NCBI GenBank assembly: GCA_964588355.1 | Contig: CAZPPB010000001.1 | Location: 20,695-84,694 of the forward strand | DNA length: 64,000 nucleotides | Direction: 5' to 3' | Source of the DNA: an uncultured Spirochaetaceae bacterium | GTDB taxonomy: Bacteria > Spirochaetota > Spirochaetia > SZUA-6 > DRHE01 | Made by a program: the position numbers and the translations under genes | Notes under the pieces: generated by a model | Databases searched by the model: none | The model's input: only the letters and a program-made list of their open reading frames with translations | What the model was told of the DNA's origin: nothing | Shown here: positions 35,046 to 44,093 of the stretch, piece by piece | How the letters are laid out: each line of letters starts with the position of its first letter | Numbering within the stretch: position 1 is the first letter of the stretch

Positions 35046-35336
35046 ATGTTCGTAGCGGTAGCATGTGATTTGGGCAGCGAAGATCATCAGAGCAGAGTGC
35101 ATACCAGCCTGGTGGAGTATGGATTCAAAAAGGTGCACGAGGGTCTCTACGAATCCCTCTCTATAAATGAACCCGGTCTGCTTCGTCTGAAGAGGGAGTT
35201 GGATCGACTGACGGACAGTTATGACACCCTGCGTTTCTACCAGTATCCGATGGACAATACTCTGGTGATTTCCGTCCTGAAAGAGAAGAAGTGGCGTAAA
35301 ACCGTTGTGAGTACGAACAAGAGAGAGCACCCCTGA
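35046..35336 (+). CDS. Cas2/VapD-superfamily endoribonuclease-like protein (orphan; no cas1 or CRISPR array nearby)
   Basis: 96 aa. MFVAVACDL...RVHTSLVEYGFKKVHEGLYESLSINEPGLLRLKRELDRLTDSYDTLRFYQY aligns with Cas2 core blocks (hhhhhYDh...YGxRVQNSVFEC...DS(V/L)RhY) including the conserved N-terminal Asp. The Asp-to-YG spacing fits Cas2 better than VapD. Confidence 0.5.
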   Translation: MFVAVACDLGSEDHQSRVHTSLVEYGFKKVHEGLYESLSINEPGLLRLKRELDRLTDSYDTLRFYQYPMDNTLVISVLKEKKWRKTVVSTNKREHP

Positions 35337-35385
35337 CCGACAATCTACTCTCATCGATCCACTGCAAAAAATGGAAGGAGCGGCA

Positions 35386-36499
35386 ATGCTGGAGGAATTT
35401 CAAGCGGAGATCACCCGTTTAGAGGAAAATATAGAAGAATCCTGGAGGCACCTTTGACTCCGAGGGGTTAATGAAAAAGATCCAGACCCTGGAAAAGCAG
35501 TCGGGGGCGGCGGATTTCTGGCAAAATCGAGAACACGCGGAAAATACGATGAGCAGCCTCAAGCGACTGCGAGATACCTTCGATCCGTGGAAGGAGCTGA
35601 GAGAGCGCTTCCGGGATGTTAAGGAGCTTCACAATCTGGCGGTCGAGGAGGCCGATGAATCCCTCGCGGAGGAGATCAACGCCAGCCTCGGGAATCTGAG
35701 GGCCACCTATGAACAGCTGAAAGTGCTGCAGCTGCTGGGTGAAGAGAACGATCCGCTGTCCGCCTTCCTCACGATACACTCCGGCGCCGGCGGTACGGAA
35801 GCCTGTGATTGGGTGAGCATGCTGCTGCGCATGTACACGCGTTGGGCTGAGAATCACGGCTACACAACGGAGATCCTCGATATGTTGGAAGCGGAGGGGG
35901 GAATCAAGAGCGTTACAATGGAGATCACCGGCGAATATGCCTACGGTTTTTTGAAGTGTGAGACGGGAATCCACAGACTGGTGAGGATATCCCCCTTCGA
36001 TGCATCGAGCCGAAGGCACACCTCCTTCGCCTCGGTATTCGCCTCGCCGGTGATCGACGATACCATAGAGGTAGAGGTCAAAACGGAGGATCTGCGGGTA
36101 GACACCTACCGGGCAGGCGGGGCCGGGGGTCAGCACGTGAACAAGACGGATTCCGCGGTCCGTATAACCCATCTGCCGACGGGAATCGTGGTCCAATGTC
36201 AGAACGAGCGCAGTCAGCACAAGAACAAAGCCATGGCGATGAAGGTGCTGCGTTCGCGGCTGTACGAGCATTACAGAGAGCAGCAGGAAGCGGAGAAGGA
36301 AAAACAGGAGAGTGAGAAGAAAGATATCGCCTGGGGCAACCAGATCCGATCGTACGTGTTTCATCCGTATTCGATGGTGAAGGATCACAGAACCAAGGTG
36401 GAGGCGGGGAACGTCCAGGCCGTTATGGACGGGGATATCGATCAATTCATAGAAGGATATCTCATCTCGGGTTCGGGGGTCGGACAGAGGTGGGCATAA
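35386..36499 (+). CDS. prfB: Peptide chain release factor 2, expressed via programmed +1 ribosomal frameshift
   Basis: A 22-codon ORF0 (MLEEFQAEITRLEENIEESWRHL) ends at CTT TGA C (35452-35458) with internal SD GGAGG 3 nt upstream. The +1 frame continues DSEGLMKKIQTL... into the RF2 body (SPF and GGQ motifs present). RBS AAGGAG before the ATG at 35386. Confidence 0.9.
35444..35458 (+). promoter_or_regulatory. prfB: prfB autoregulatory +1 frameshift site (SD-like GGAGG, slippery CUU, UGA-C stop context)
   Basis: GGAGGcacCTTTGAC matches the canonical RF2 frameshift cassette. Confidence 0.85.
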
Positions 36500-36858
36500 A
36501 CGTCCTGATCGTCGACGATCTGAAGTTCATCAAACTCGTCCTGCGGGAATTGCTCGAGAAGGCGGGTTTCCGTGTCGTGGGGGAGGCCTCCAACGGGGAG
36601 GAGGCCGTTGAACTGTATCAGGAGAAACGTCCGGATGTGGTGCTCATGGATATCACCATGCCCAAAATGGACGGTCTGGCTGCGTTGAAACAGATCTTGA
36701 AATTAGATCCCCAGGCAAAGTTAATCATGTGTTCCGCCCTTGGACAGCAGAACCTGATCGTCCAAGCGCTTCAGCTCGGGGCCAAGGATTTCATCGTCAA
36801 ACCGTTCCGTGACGAACGCGTGGTGGCGGCGATCAAGAAGGTCCTCGATATCGAATGA
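36490..36858 (+). CDS. Single-domain CheY-like response regulator receiver protein
   Basis: VLIVDD...D(ITMPKMDG)...K motif set (D-D-T-K receiver residues) with no output domain. GTG start overlapping the prfB stop. Confidence 0.8.
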   Translation: MGINVLIVDDLKFIKLVLRELLEKAGFRVVGEASNGEEAVELYQEKRPDVVLMDITMPKMDGLAALKQILKLDPQAKLIMCSALGQQNLIVQALQLGAKDFIVKPFRDERVVAAIKKVLDIE

Positions 36859-38273
36859 AAATCGTCTTTTTTCTCCTGCTCGCCCTTTCCTCGTTTCCCA
36901 TCACCGCCCAGGAACTCACCCTGGCCGACCAGCGGCCGGTGTGGTCAATCGGGGTGGCCGCCTTCGAAGGCAGGAACCTGAGTCCCGAGAATGTCTATTT
37001 GACCCGCAGTGTTCCCATGCTGATCCGGGAACGTCTCGAGGCGATCCCGGATCACTATTTCAGCGCCGCCGAGGTGCAGGCTTACCGGCGGCGGATAATT
37101 CAAGAAGAAAGGCAGCGCCTTGTCGAAGCGGTGAGCGCCGATCGTCGCGCCCGGGACGAGCTGTTCTTCACCTCCGATTCGGTGCAGGCAAAAGCGGCTG
37201 TCTATGAACAGAGGATTGCGGCCAATCTGACGGCCGTCCGGGATCTGGGGGATCTGGATCCCGAACAGATCGCCTTTCCGCAGAGCAAGCCTCTGCGTTT
37301 CGTATCAGGTGCGGATGGACAGCTGGTATTCGACAAGACGGTGCTCAGCCCGTTTCAGCTGGCAAAACAGCAGGATCTGGATGTCCTGCTGTGGGGAGGT
37401 TTCGAAGAGGTGCAGGGCTTCCTCTACTTCGAGATCACCCTTTTCAATGCCGTTCTCGGAGAACCTGTTTACACCTACAGCGATGCCGCCGCTCCCATCG
37501 AGATGTACGACCTGTTCGACCAGCTGATCACGGAGCTGGCCACCGTCCTCTGGGGCCGCGATTGGAGTTCCCTTACCGTGCAGACCGTGCCGCCCGGTGC
37601 TTCGGTGTGGATCGACGGGCAGTTTCAGGGACGCACCCCTTTGAGCATTCCCTATCTGCTGCCCGGGGACAGAGAGCTGCTCGTTCAGGACCCGGACTTC
37701 CAATCGGTCACCCGGACAATCGAGCTTTCCCCGTACGCTGAACAGGTGAAGCGCATTACCCTTGTCCCGCGCGCCCGGGAAGTCCTGACCCTGGACAGCG
37801 ATCCTGCGGGCGCGACGGTCTACAATGGATCGGAGTGGCTCGGCTCGACGCCCCTGAGTGTCGAGAAACCGGAGGAGCTCAGCCGTTTGCTCCTGCGGCG
37901 GGAGGGATATCTGGATTTCCCGCTGTATACCCGGCCGCCGGTCGAGCCGTCGATAACCGCTGAGCTCCTGCCCGACAGCGTCGATCTTTCAAAGATTCAG
38001 GACTCCAGGCGGGATGAGCTGTACACGGCTTTGGGGGTTTTTGCGCTTTCCCTTCCGATCCCGATGTTCTCGTGGGGCTATCGCAACGACTACATCGCGA
38101 CGGCAACGTCTCTTGAACACCAGGGTAAAACCGCGCAGTCACAGGAAGCCCTGGCTACCGCCAACATCTATACAGGGGTTTCCCTTGGAACCATGGCGGT
38201 TAGCGGGGGGCTGTTTGTGAACCTCCTGGTACGGCTGATTCGCTACCTCCGGGCGGCGGATCGCAAAGCCTGA
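36855..38273 (+). CDS. Secreted PEGA-domain protein with C-terminal membrane anchor
   Basis: Signal peptide MKIVFFLLLALSSFPITAQ. Two PEGA-like modules (TVQTVPPGASVWIDGQFQGRTPL.., LTLDSDPAGATVYNGSEWLGSTPL..). Hydrophobic C-terminal segment. ATGA overlap with the cheY-like gene. Confidence 0.65.
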   Translation: MKIVFFLLLALSSFPITAQELTLADQRPVWSIGVAAFEGRNLSPENVYLTRSVPMLIRERLEAIPDHYFSAAEVQAYRRRIIQEERQRLVEAVSADRRARDELFFTSDSVQAKAAVYEQRIAANLTAVRDLGDLDPEQIAFPQSKPLRFVSGADGQLVFDKTVLSPFQLAKQQDLDVLLWGGFEEVQGFLYFEITLFNAVLGEPVYTYSDAAAPIEMYDLFDQLITELATVLWGRDWSSLTVQTVPPGASVWIDGQFQGRTPLSIPYLLPGDRELLVQDPDFQSVTRTIELSPYAEQVKRITLVPRAREVLTLDSDPAGATVYNGSEWLGSTPLSVEKPEELSRLLLRREGYLDFPLYTRPPVEPSITAELLPDSVDLSKIQDSRRDELYTALGVFALSLPIPMFSWGYRNDYIATATSLEHQGKTAQSQEALATANIYTGVSLGTMAVSGGLFVNLLVRLIRYLRAADRKA

Positions 38274-38291
38274 GGTGAGGACAAAGGTACT

Positions 38292-39161
38292 ATGAGCAGA
38301 AGATCCCTGGGCGCCAGGCTGCGAGATCTGTTCGGGTCGCCGGGGCGGGATTTTTACGAGGAGCTGGAAGATATACTGATCGAAGGCGATCTCGGCCCAG
38401 CCACCGCCGCCAGGGTAATAGACTCAGCCAGGGCAGAGATCAGGGGCAGGGACGGGAAAGACAGGGAGCGATTTTTCAGCCTCCTCAGGTCCCAGCTTGG
38501 CGAGCAGCTGCGCCGGGAATCCCTGGAATTGTTGGAAGACACCCTCAACTTGATCCTCGTTCTGGGCGTCAACGGAGTGGGTAAAACCACGACGATCGCC
38601 AAACTTGCCCATTTCTTCACAAAGCAGAGGCAGCGGCGGGTTCTACTGGCAGCGGCGGACACCTTCCGGGCGGCGGCCATCGATCAGCTCGCGGTCTGGG
38701 GACAACGGCTGGCCTTGCCCGTGGTGCGGCAGGAGCGGGGTTCCGATCCCGGGGCGGTGGTATTCGACGCGATATCCAGTGCCCTGGCCAACCGGATCGA
38801 CCTCATCATTGCGGATACCGCTGGGCGGATGCACAACAAGGCGCATCTGGTCAAGGAGCTGGGAAAGATCGACAAGATCGCTGCCAGCCGTCTCCCGGCT
38901 CCGGCTTACAAGAAGGTGCTGGTCATCGACGCGACGACCGGCCAGAATGCCCTTCGCCAGGCGGAGGTTTTTCATGAAGCGGTCGGGGTCGACAGCATCG
39001 TTGTGGCAAAATACGACTCCACGGCGAAGGGAGGAATCGTGGTGGCCATAGCCAGGGAGCTGGGCATCCCCTTTTCATTCATTGGAGTCGGGGAAAAACT
39101 GGAGGACCTGGAACCCTTCGATACCGAATCGTATCTGAACCGGCTGCTCGAGGTGCAATGA
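38292..39161 (+). CDS. ftsY: Signal recognition particle receptor FtsY (NG-domain-only short form)
   Basis: SRP GTPase motifs LGVNGVGKTTTIAKLA, DTAGR, TKYD-like ..AKYDSTAKGG. No acidic A-domain. Confidence 0.9.
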   Translation: MSRRSLGARLRDLFGSPGRDFYEELEDILIEGDLGPATAARVIDSARAEIRGRDGKDRERFFSLLRSQLGEQLRRESLELLEDTLNLILVLGVNGVGKTTTIAKLAHFFTKQRQRRVLLAAADTFRAAAIDQLAVWGQRLALPVVRQERGSDPGAVVFDAISSALANRIDLIIADTAGRMHNKAHLVKELGKIDKIAASRLPAPAYKKVLVIDATTGQNALRQAEVFHEAVGVDSIVVAKYDSTAKGGIVVAIARELGIPFSFIGVGEKLEDLEPFDTESYLNRLLEVQ

Positions 39162-40267
39162 GCGCACTGCGGTTTCCCCGAGCCCCCGTTTTGCTCCTGG
39201 CTGTGATCCTGTCGGCTCCGGCCCTCCTCTGCGCTCAGGATACCCCGGCGATCCGGTACTACATTTCCAACGAACTCGGTATGGCTCTGGAGGAAATCGG
39301 CTGGTACCGCAGGGAGGAGTTCCCCTACATTTTGGTTGTCCGCAAAGAGGCGAGCCGGGAAACCCGCACCCTGCTCTACGAAGGACAGGAGCTGCGGCGC
39401 TGGGAGTACGAAGCTGACGAACAGCGGATCTACCGGGGCTCGGAGCTCGAGCAGCGGCTGAGGTACGACAGTCAGAATCGCCTGATGGAGGATCAGTCGT
39501 ATATCGGCGGCCTCTTGAGCAGGCGAACCGTTTACTTCTATAACCGGGATGTCCTGGAGCGAACCGAGACCTTCGATCCAGACGGGCTGCTGCTGTATCG
39601 TGATTTCTACAAGCTGTCTCCGGACGGCCAACTGCGCCGGGTGACCCGGGACGACCCTCAACAGCAGCAGGCTCAGCGGCTGGCCCTTGGAGATGGAGCC
39701 AGGGGAGCTGGGGAGGAGCGCTACGGGGACAGCCGGGAACAGCGGATAAACCGCTACGATCGGCAGGGCAGGCTGGTGGAACGGGAGCACTGGTACGGGG
39801 GGCAGTTGATGGAGCGGGAGCACTTCGAATACCGGGGGGGAGAGGATATCCTCGAGAGCTCCCGGCTGGAGGAGTTTTCCCTGGAGCGCACGACCAGGCG
39901 CAGCTACGACGATGAGGGCAGGGTTGTGCGAATCGAGGTAACCGACGGGGACGGGCGGATCGAGCGGACCGTACACGTGAGGGACGGGCAGGGCAGGATC
40001 GTCGAAACAACCAGAAGGGGGCCCAGGGGGATCGAAAACTGGCTGTTCGAATACGGCCCGGGGGAGGATCCGGTGAGGGAAGAGTACCGGGTCCGGGGTT
40101 CCCTGGAGCGTATTACCCTGTACTCCGCCGAGGGGGAGGAACGATTTCGGGTGGAGGAGCTGTACCGGGAGGGCCGGCTGTTCATGAGAGTACACTATCG
40201 ATCCGGGCAGAAGGTGAAGGAAGAGGTCTTGAGGAACGGAGAGGTCGTGCGGGTGCGGGAGTACTGA
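39158..40267 (+). CDS. Secreted repeat protein with MORN/YwqK-like tandem repeats
   Basis: Signal peptide MSALRFPRAPVLLLAVILSAPALLCAQ followed by at least 8 degenerate ~23-aa repeats of the form G(R/Q)L..(R/E)E.Y..G. ATGA overlap with the ftsY stop. Confidence 0.5.
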   Translation: MSALRFPRAPVLLLAVILSAPALLCAQDTPAIRYYISNELGMALEEIGWYRREEFPYILVVRKEASRETRTLLYEGQELRRWEYEADEQRIYRGSELEQRLRYDSQNRLMEDQSYIGGLLSRRTVYFYNRDVLERTETFDPDGLLLYRDFYKLSPDGQLRRVTRDDPQQQQAQRLALGDGARGAGEERYGDSREQRINRYDRQGRLVEREHWYGGQLMEREHFEYRGGEDILESSRLEEFSLERTTRRSYDDEGRVVRIEVTDGDGRIERTVHVRDGQGRIVETTRRGPRGIENWLFEYGPGEDPVREEYRVRGSLERITLYSAEGEERFRVEELYREGRLFMRVHYRSGQKVKEEVLRNGEVVRVREY

Positions 40268-41571
40268 TGAAGTCTCGATTCATCTCGTTCATGGGTCTGC
40301 GTTATTTTCGTTCCAGAAGACGGGGGGTCGGTGGTACTTCGACCGTGCTGGCGATCCTGGGCGTGGCCGTCGGGGTGATGGCCCTGACCGCGGTCATGGG
40401 GGTGATGAACGGATTCCAGCTGGGATTCATAGAGAGCATCCTGGAGATCAGCTCTTATCACATTCAGATCCGGGGCCTGAACGCTCCGGCCGCTTCGCAA
40501 GTCCTCGAATCCCTCCGCCGGCTTCCCGCCGTACGATCGGCGGTGCCTTTCACCGAGCATCAGGTGATCATCGAAGGGCGGTTCAGCGATCCCCGGGGCT
40601 GTCTGATCCGGGGATTGCCCACCGACGTGCAACGTCTCGATCCTTCTTTCTTCCAGACTCTGGAGATCGTGTCCGGAGATTTCACGTTGGAACAGCCGGG
40701 AGCGATCGTTTTGGGGGTGGAGCTTTCCCGGCATCTGGGTGTCGGGGTCGGGGACGGTGTATCGATCCTGTCCCTGCAGGGAGCCTCCCTGGGGGAGCTC
40801 GAGCCTGCAAACCGCTTCTATCAGGTCGTCGGATTGTTCCGCAGCGGATACTACGAGTTCGATCTCGGCTGGGCATTCTTCTCAATCGAAGAGGGTCTCG
40901 CCCTGGAGGGAAACGGCAGCGCAGCGGAGACTATCGGGGTCAAAATCCAAAATCGCTTCCGGGATCAGCAGGCGATCGAGGCGATTCGGCAGATCCGCCC
41001 GCAGCAGCCGTTTCAAATCGTCAGCTGGAGGGAATTCAACCGGGCCTTTTTCGGTGCCCTGCGCATGGAGAAAATCATGATGACCGTGCTGATCGGGTTG
41101 ATTTTCGTTGTCGTGGGCTTCAACATCCACCACAGCCTGCGTCGAGCGGTGCGGGAGCGGTATGAAGAGATCGGCGTGCTCAAGGCACTGGGGGCTTCAG
41201 ACCTGGCGGTGAGGAGGATCTTCATTCTCGAAGGGTTGCTGATCGGCGGGATCGGCGCCTTTGTCGGGCTGCTGCTGGGGCTGCTGATATCCGCCAACAT
41301 CAATGCGGTTTTCAACTTTGCCGAAACGGTCGTCAACGCCGCGATTGCCTTCGTGGACCTGCTGCTCTTCCCGCTGCTGCGCTCCTCCAGAGGCAGGTTT
41401 TCCCTGTTTTCGCCTGCCTATTTCTACATCACCGAAGTCCCAAGCACCGTCCTGTTGAGGGAAGCCGTGCTGATCGCGATTTTTGCCGTATTTGCTCCCA
41501 CCCTGGCGGCGGCCGCGGCGGCCTCCCGGGTGAAGGAGGTTCGTCCTGCGGAGGTACTGCGCTATGAGTGA
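40267..41571 (+). CDS. FtsX-family ABC permease, LolC/LolE-like (lipoprotein release)
   Basis: N-terminal TM, large periplasmic domain, three C-terminal TM helices with the FtsX motif. Part of a permease-ATPase-permease arrangement. Confidence 0.75.
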   Translation: MKSRFISFMGLRYFRSRRRGVGGTSTVLAILGVAVGVMALTAVMGVMNGFQLGFIESILEISSYHIQIRGLNAPAASQVLESLRRLPAVRSAVPFTEHQVIIEGRFSDPRGCLIRGLPTDVQRLDPSFFQTLEIVSGDFTLEQPGAIVLGVELSRHLGVGVGDGVSILSLQGASLGELEPANRFYQVVGLFRSGYYEFDLGWAFFSIEEGLALEGNGSAAETIGVKIQNRFRDQQAIEAIRQIRPQQPFQIVSWREFNRAFFGALRMEKIMMTVLIGLIFVVVGFNIHHSLRRAVRERYEEIGVLKALGASDLAVRRIFILEGLLIGGIGAFVGLLLGLLISANINAVFNFAETVVNAAIAFVDLLLFPLLRSSRGRFSLFSPAYFYITEVPSTVLLREAVLIAIFAVFAPTLAAAAAASRVKEVRPAEVLRYE

Positions 41572-42253
41572 GTCTGTGAACGCAGCTCTGGATGTTCGAG
41601 GAGTGAAAAAAGTCTTCCGCAGCGGCAGCGAGGACCTCGTCGTTTTCGAGGAGGTGAGTTTAACGGTACCCCAGGGCAGTACGGCTGTTATCCTGGGGGA
41701 GAGCGGTTGCGGGAAAACGACGCTGCTGAATCTGATCGGTGCCCTGGACTCGTGTACGGCGGGGCGGATCCTGTTCAATGGCTTCGATATCACCGAGCAG
41801 AGGGAGGAGGACCTCATCGAGTTTCGGTCGAGACAGCTGGGTTTTATCTTCCAGTTCCACTATCTGCTGAAGGATCTCACCGCTTTGGAAAACGTTCTGA
41901 TCCCAGCCCTTATAGTCCGCGCCCCCCGCGCCCGCTCCGGCCGGCGTGCACAGGAGCTGCTGGAACAGGTTGGATTGTCCGATCGGATGGGTCACTACCC
42001 CGTACAGCTGTCCGGCGGAGAACGGCAGAGGGTAGCCGTGGCCCGGGCCCTGATGAACGATCCCAGCCTGATCCTGGCTGACGAGCCTACGGGAAACCTC
42101 GACGAGCGCAACTCCAAGGCGATTCGGGAGCTGCTCTTCGCACTGGTTAGATCCTACGGAAAATCGATGATCCTTGTGACCCATGCCTCCGATCTCAGTC
42201 AGATGGGCAATGAGCACTTCCTGCTGGAGCACCGCCGGCTGAGGAAGTTGTGA
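41564..42253 (+). CDS. lolD: ABC transporter ATP-binding protein LolD-like
   Basis: Walker [10 protein letters not shown], signature [15 protein letters not shown], Walker [12 protein letters not shown]. Confidence 0.85.
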   Translation: MSESVNAALDVRGVKKVFRSGSEDLVVFEEVSLTVPQGSTAVILGESGCGKTTLLNLIGALDSCTAGRILFNGFDITEQREEDLIEFRSRQLGFIFQFHYLLKDLTALENVLIPALIVRAPRARSGRRAQELLEQVGLSDRMGHYPVQLSGGERQRVAVARALMNDPSLILADEPTGNLDERNSKAIRELLFALVRSYGKSMILVTHASDLSQMGNEHFLLEHRRLRKL

Positions 42254-43566
42254 TGGCCGCCGGACGTGCCCTCTGGACAACCCTGGGCCTGCGGACCTTC
42301 GTCTCCAGACGGGGAAAGATCTCGAGTCTGTTGTTCGGCAGCATTATCGGCATCGGCTTGAGCCTGATCCCGCTGGTGGTGGTGCTGGAGGTCGCCGACG
42401 GGATGATCGAAGGAATCACCCGCCGCTACCTGGAAGTTGGAACGTACCACCTTCAGGTGAGCCTGGCCGGAGAGGCCAATCTGGAGAGTTACGAAACCCT
42501 GGCCGGGCAGCTGCGAAGGCATTCGGGGATCACCCGGGTAATCATCGAGCGGCGGGGCATGGGCCTTCTGTATACCGGTTCCCGGCGGGGGGCGGTGACC
42601 ATCCGGGCGGTGCCTCCCTCCCTTTACCGGGAGGATGGAGATTTTCGCAGGTACTTCCAGATCCTCGACGGATCTTTTGACCTGGACAGGCCGCAGGCCA
42701 TTCTGGTGGGCAGGGAGATCGCCCGGAAGCTCGGAGTGGGCGTCGGGGACCAGGTCAAACTGCTGACCATGATATCTACATCGGTGGGACGAAGCCTGCC
42801 GCGGGTAGGCTCCTTCACCGTCACCGGTGTTTTCACGACCGGGTACCAGGAACTGGACAAACTCTGGACCTATATCCCCCTTGCTGCCGCCGAGCGGGTG
42901 CTGCCCCGCGGCGGCTCATCCACATTTCTGGGGTTGAAGGTCGCCGATCCGTTTGAACGGATAGATGCCCAGCTGCGCGCCCTGGAAGCGGATCTGCCCG
43001 CAGAAGCTCGGGCGGTGAGCTGGTATGAACTGGAAAGAGCGAACTACAAGTCGTTCCAGACCACCAGAGCGCTGTTGATCTTTGTCATGGCCCTGATCGT
43101 GGCCGTGGCCAGTGTCAACATTTCTTCCAGTCTGATCATGGTGGTCATCGAAAAGACCGAGGAGATCGGCATCCTCAAGGCGATGGGAGCCGATCCCCGG
43201 TCGATCACCCGAATCTTTGTTTTTGCCGGCCTGTGCGTCGGCTTCCTCGGCGTGATTCTGGGCTTGAGCCTGGGTCTGACGGTGGCGGTGAACATCAACT
43301 CCATTTTGACCGGTGCCGAGCTGTTGGTGAATCGGCTGGTTTTTACCTTCCGTCAGCTGATCTCTCCGATCATCCAGGTGCACAGCTCAGCCCCGGTTCG
43401 CCTCTTCAACGCCGAGTTCTATCTGGAGGAGATACCGATCCGCATCAAGGTTGCCGAGTTGTTCTCCGTGGCCGCCGCTTCCCTTCTGCTCTCGGCCCTG
43501 GCGGCTTTTTTTCCGGCAAGAGCGGCGGGGCGAATCAAACCTCTTGAAGTGCTACGGAAAATTTGA
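42250..43566 (+). CDS. FtsX-family ABC permease, LolE/LolC-like (second permease)
   Basis: Same architecture as 40267..41571. Overlaps the lolD stop by 4 nt. Confidence 0.75.
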   Translation: MMAAGRALWTTLGLRTFVSRRGKISSLLFGSIIGIGLSLIPLVVVLEVADGMIEGITRRYLEVGTYHLQVSLAGEANLESYETLAGQLRRHSGITRVIIERRGMGLLYTGSRRGAVTIRAVPPSLYREDGDFRRYFQILDGSFDLDRPQAILVGREIARKLGVGVGDQVKLLTMISTSVGRSLPRVGSFTVTGVFTTGYQELDKLWTYIPLAAAERVLPRGGSSTFLGLKVADPFERIDAQLRALEADLPAEARAVSWYELERANYKSFQTTRALLIFVMALIVAVASVNISSSLIMVVIEKTEEIGILKAMGADPRSITRIFVFAGLCVGFLGVILGLSLGLTVAVNINSILTGAELLVNRLVFTFRQLISPIIQVHSSAPVRLFNAEFYLEEIPIRIKVAELFSVAAASLLLSALAAFFPARAAGRIKPLEVLRKI

Positions 43567-43592
43567 TTTTGTGTGTATAATTAATACTAGTT

Positions 43593-44093
43593 ATGAAATG
43601 TGAAATCTGCGGTGCCCGCAAGGCGGTGATCCACATACAGCAGGTCATCGGCAAGGAGCGGGTGGATCTGCATCTTTGCGAAGAGTGCGCCCTGGAGAGG
43701 GGTATTACCGGGGAGGGGGAGCACGTGGAGCTGTCCATCTCCAAAATGCTGAACGGTCTTCTCGATATCGGTGAACTGAAAGAGAGGCAAAACGCCGTCT
43801 GCCCGCAGTGCGGATCGACCTGGGCATCGATACAAAAACGCGAGAAGTTCGGCTGTGCGGAATGCTACAGCACCTTCAGCCGGGAGATCCATATCCTCCT
43901 CGAGAAAATGGGTGCCCGGTCCACCCATAAGGGAAAGCTGCCGAAGGGTTTGATCACCTACAAGAGGGTTCTCGTGGATGTGGTGAAACTCAAAGAGGGG
44001 CTTCGGGAAGCACTGAAGCGGGAAGATTATGAAAAGGCGGTGCGGATCCGTGATCGCATACGGGAACTGGAAAACTCTCCGGAGGAGGCCTGA
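43593..44093 (+). CDS. mcsA: McsA-like protein (zinc-finger plus UVR domain; activator of protein-arginine kinase)
   Basis: CxxC pairs (CEICG..CEEC; CPQCG..CAEC) and a C-terminal UVR motif DYEKAVRIRDRIRELE. Directly upstream of the mcsB homolog. Confidence 0.7.
   Translation: MKCEICGARKAVIHIQQVIGKERVDLHLCEECALERGITGEGEHVELSISKMLNGLLDIGELKERQNAVCPQCGSTWASIQKREKFGCAECYSTFSREIHILLEKMGARSTHKGKLPKGLITYKRVLVDVVKLKEGLREALKREDYEKAVRIRDRIRELENSPEEA

Noticed and set aside
34976-35470. Possible CRISPR array or additional cas genes next to the Cas2-like ORF.
   Set aside because: No direct repeats or repeat-spacer periodicity are visible in the flanking intergenic DNA or anywhere in the window, and neither flanking gene (secreted FN3/TPR protein, prfB) is a cas gene.
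43567-43592. CtsR operator (GGTCAAA direct repeat) upstream of mcsA.
   Set aside because: It was searched for and not found. Only a TATAAT-like hexamer is present.
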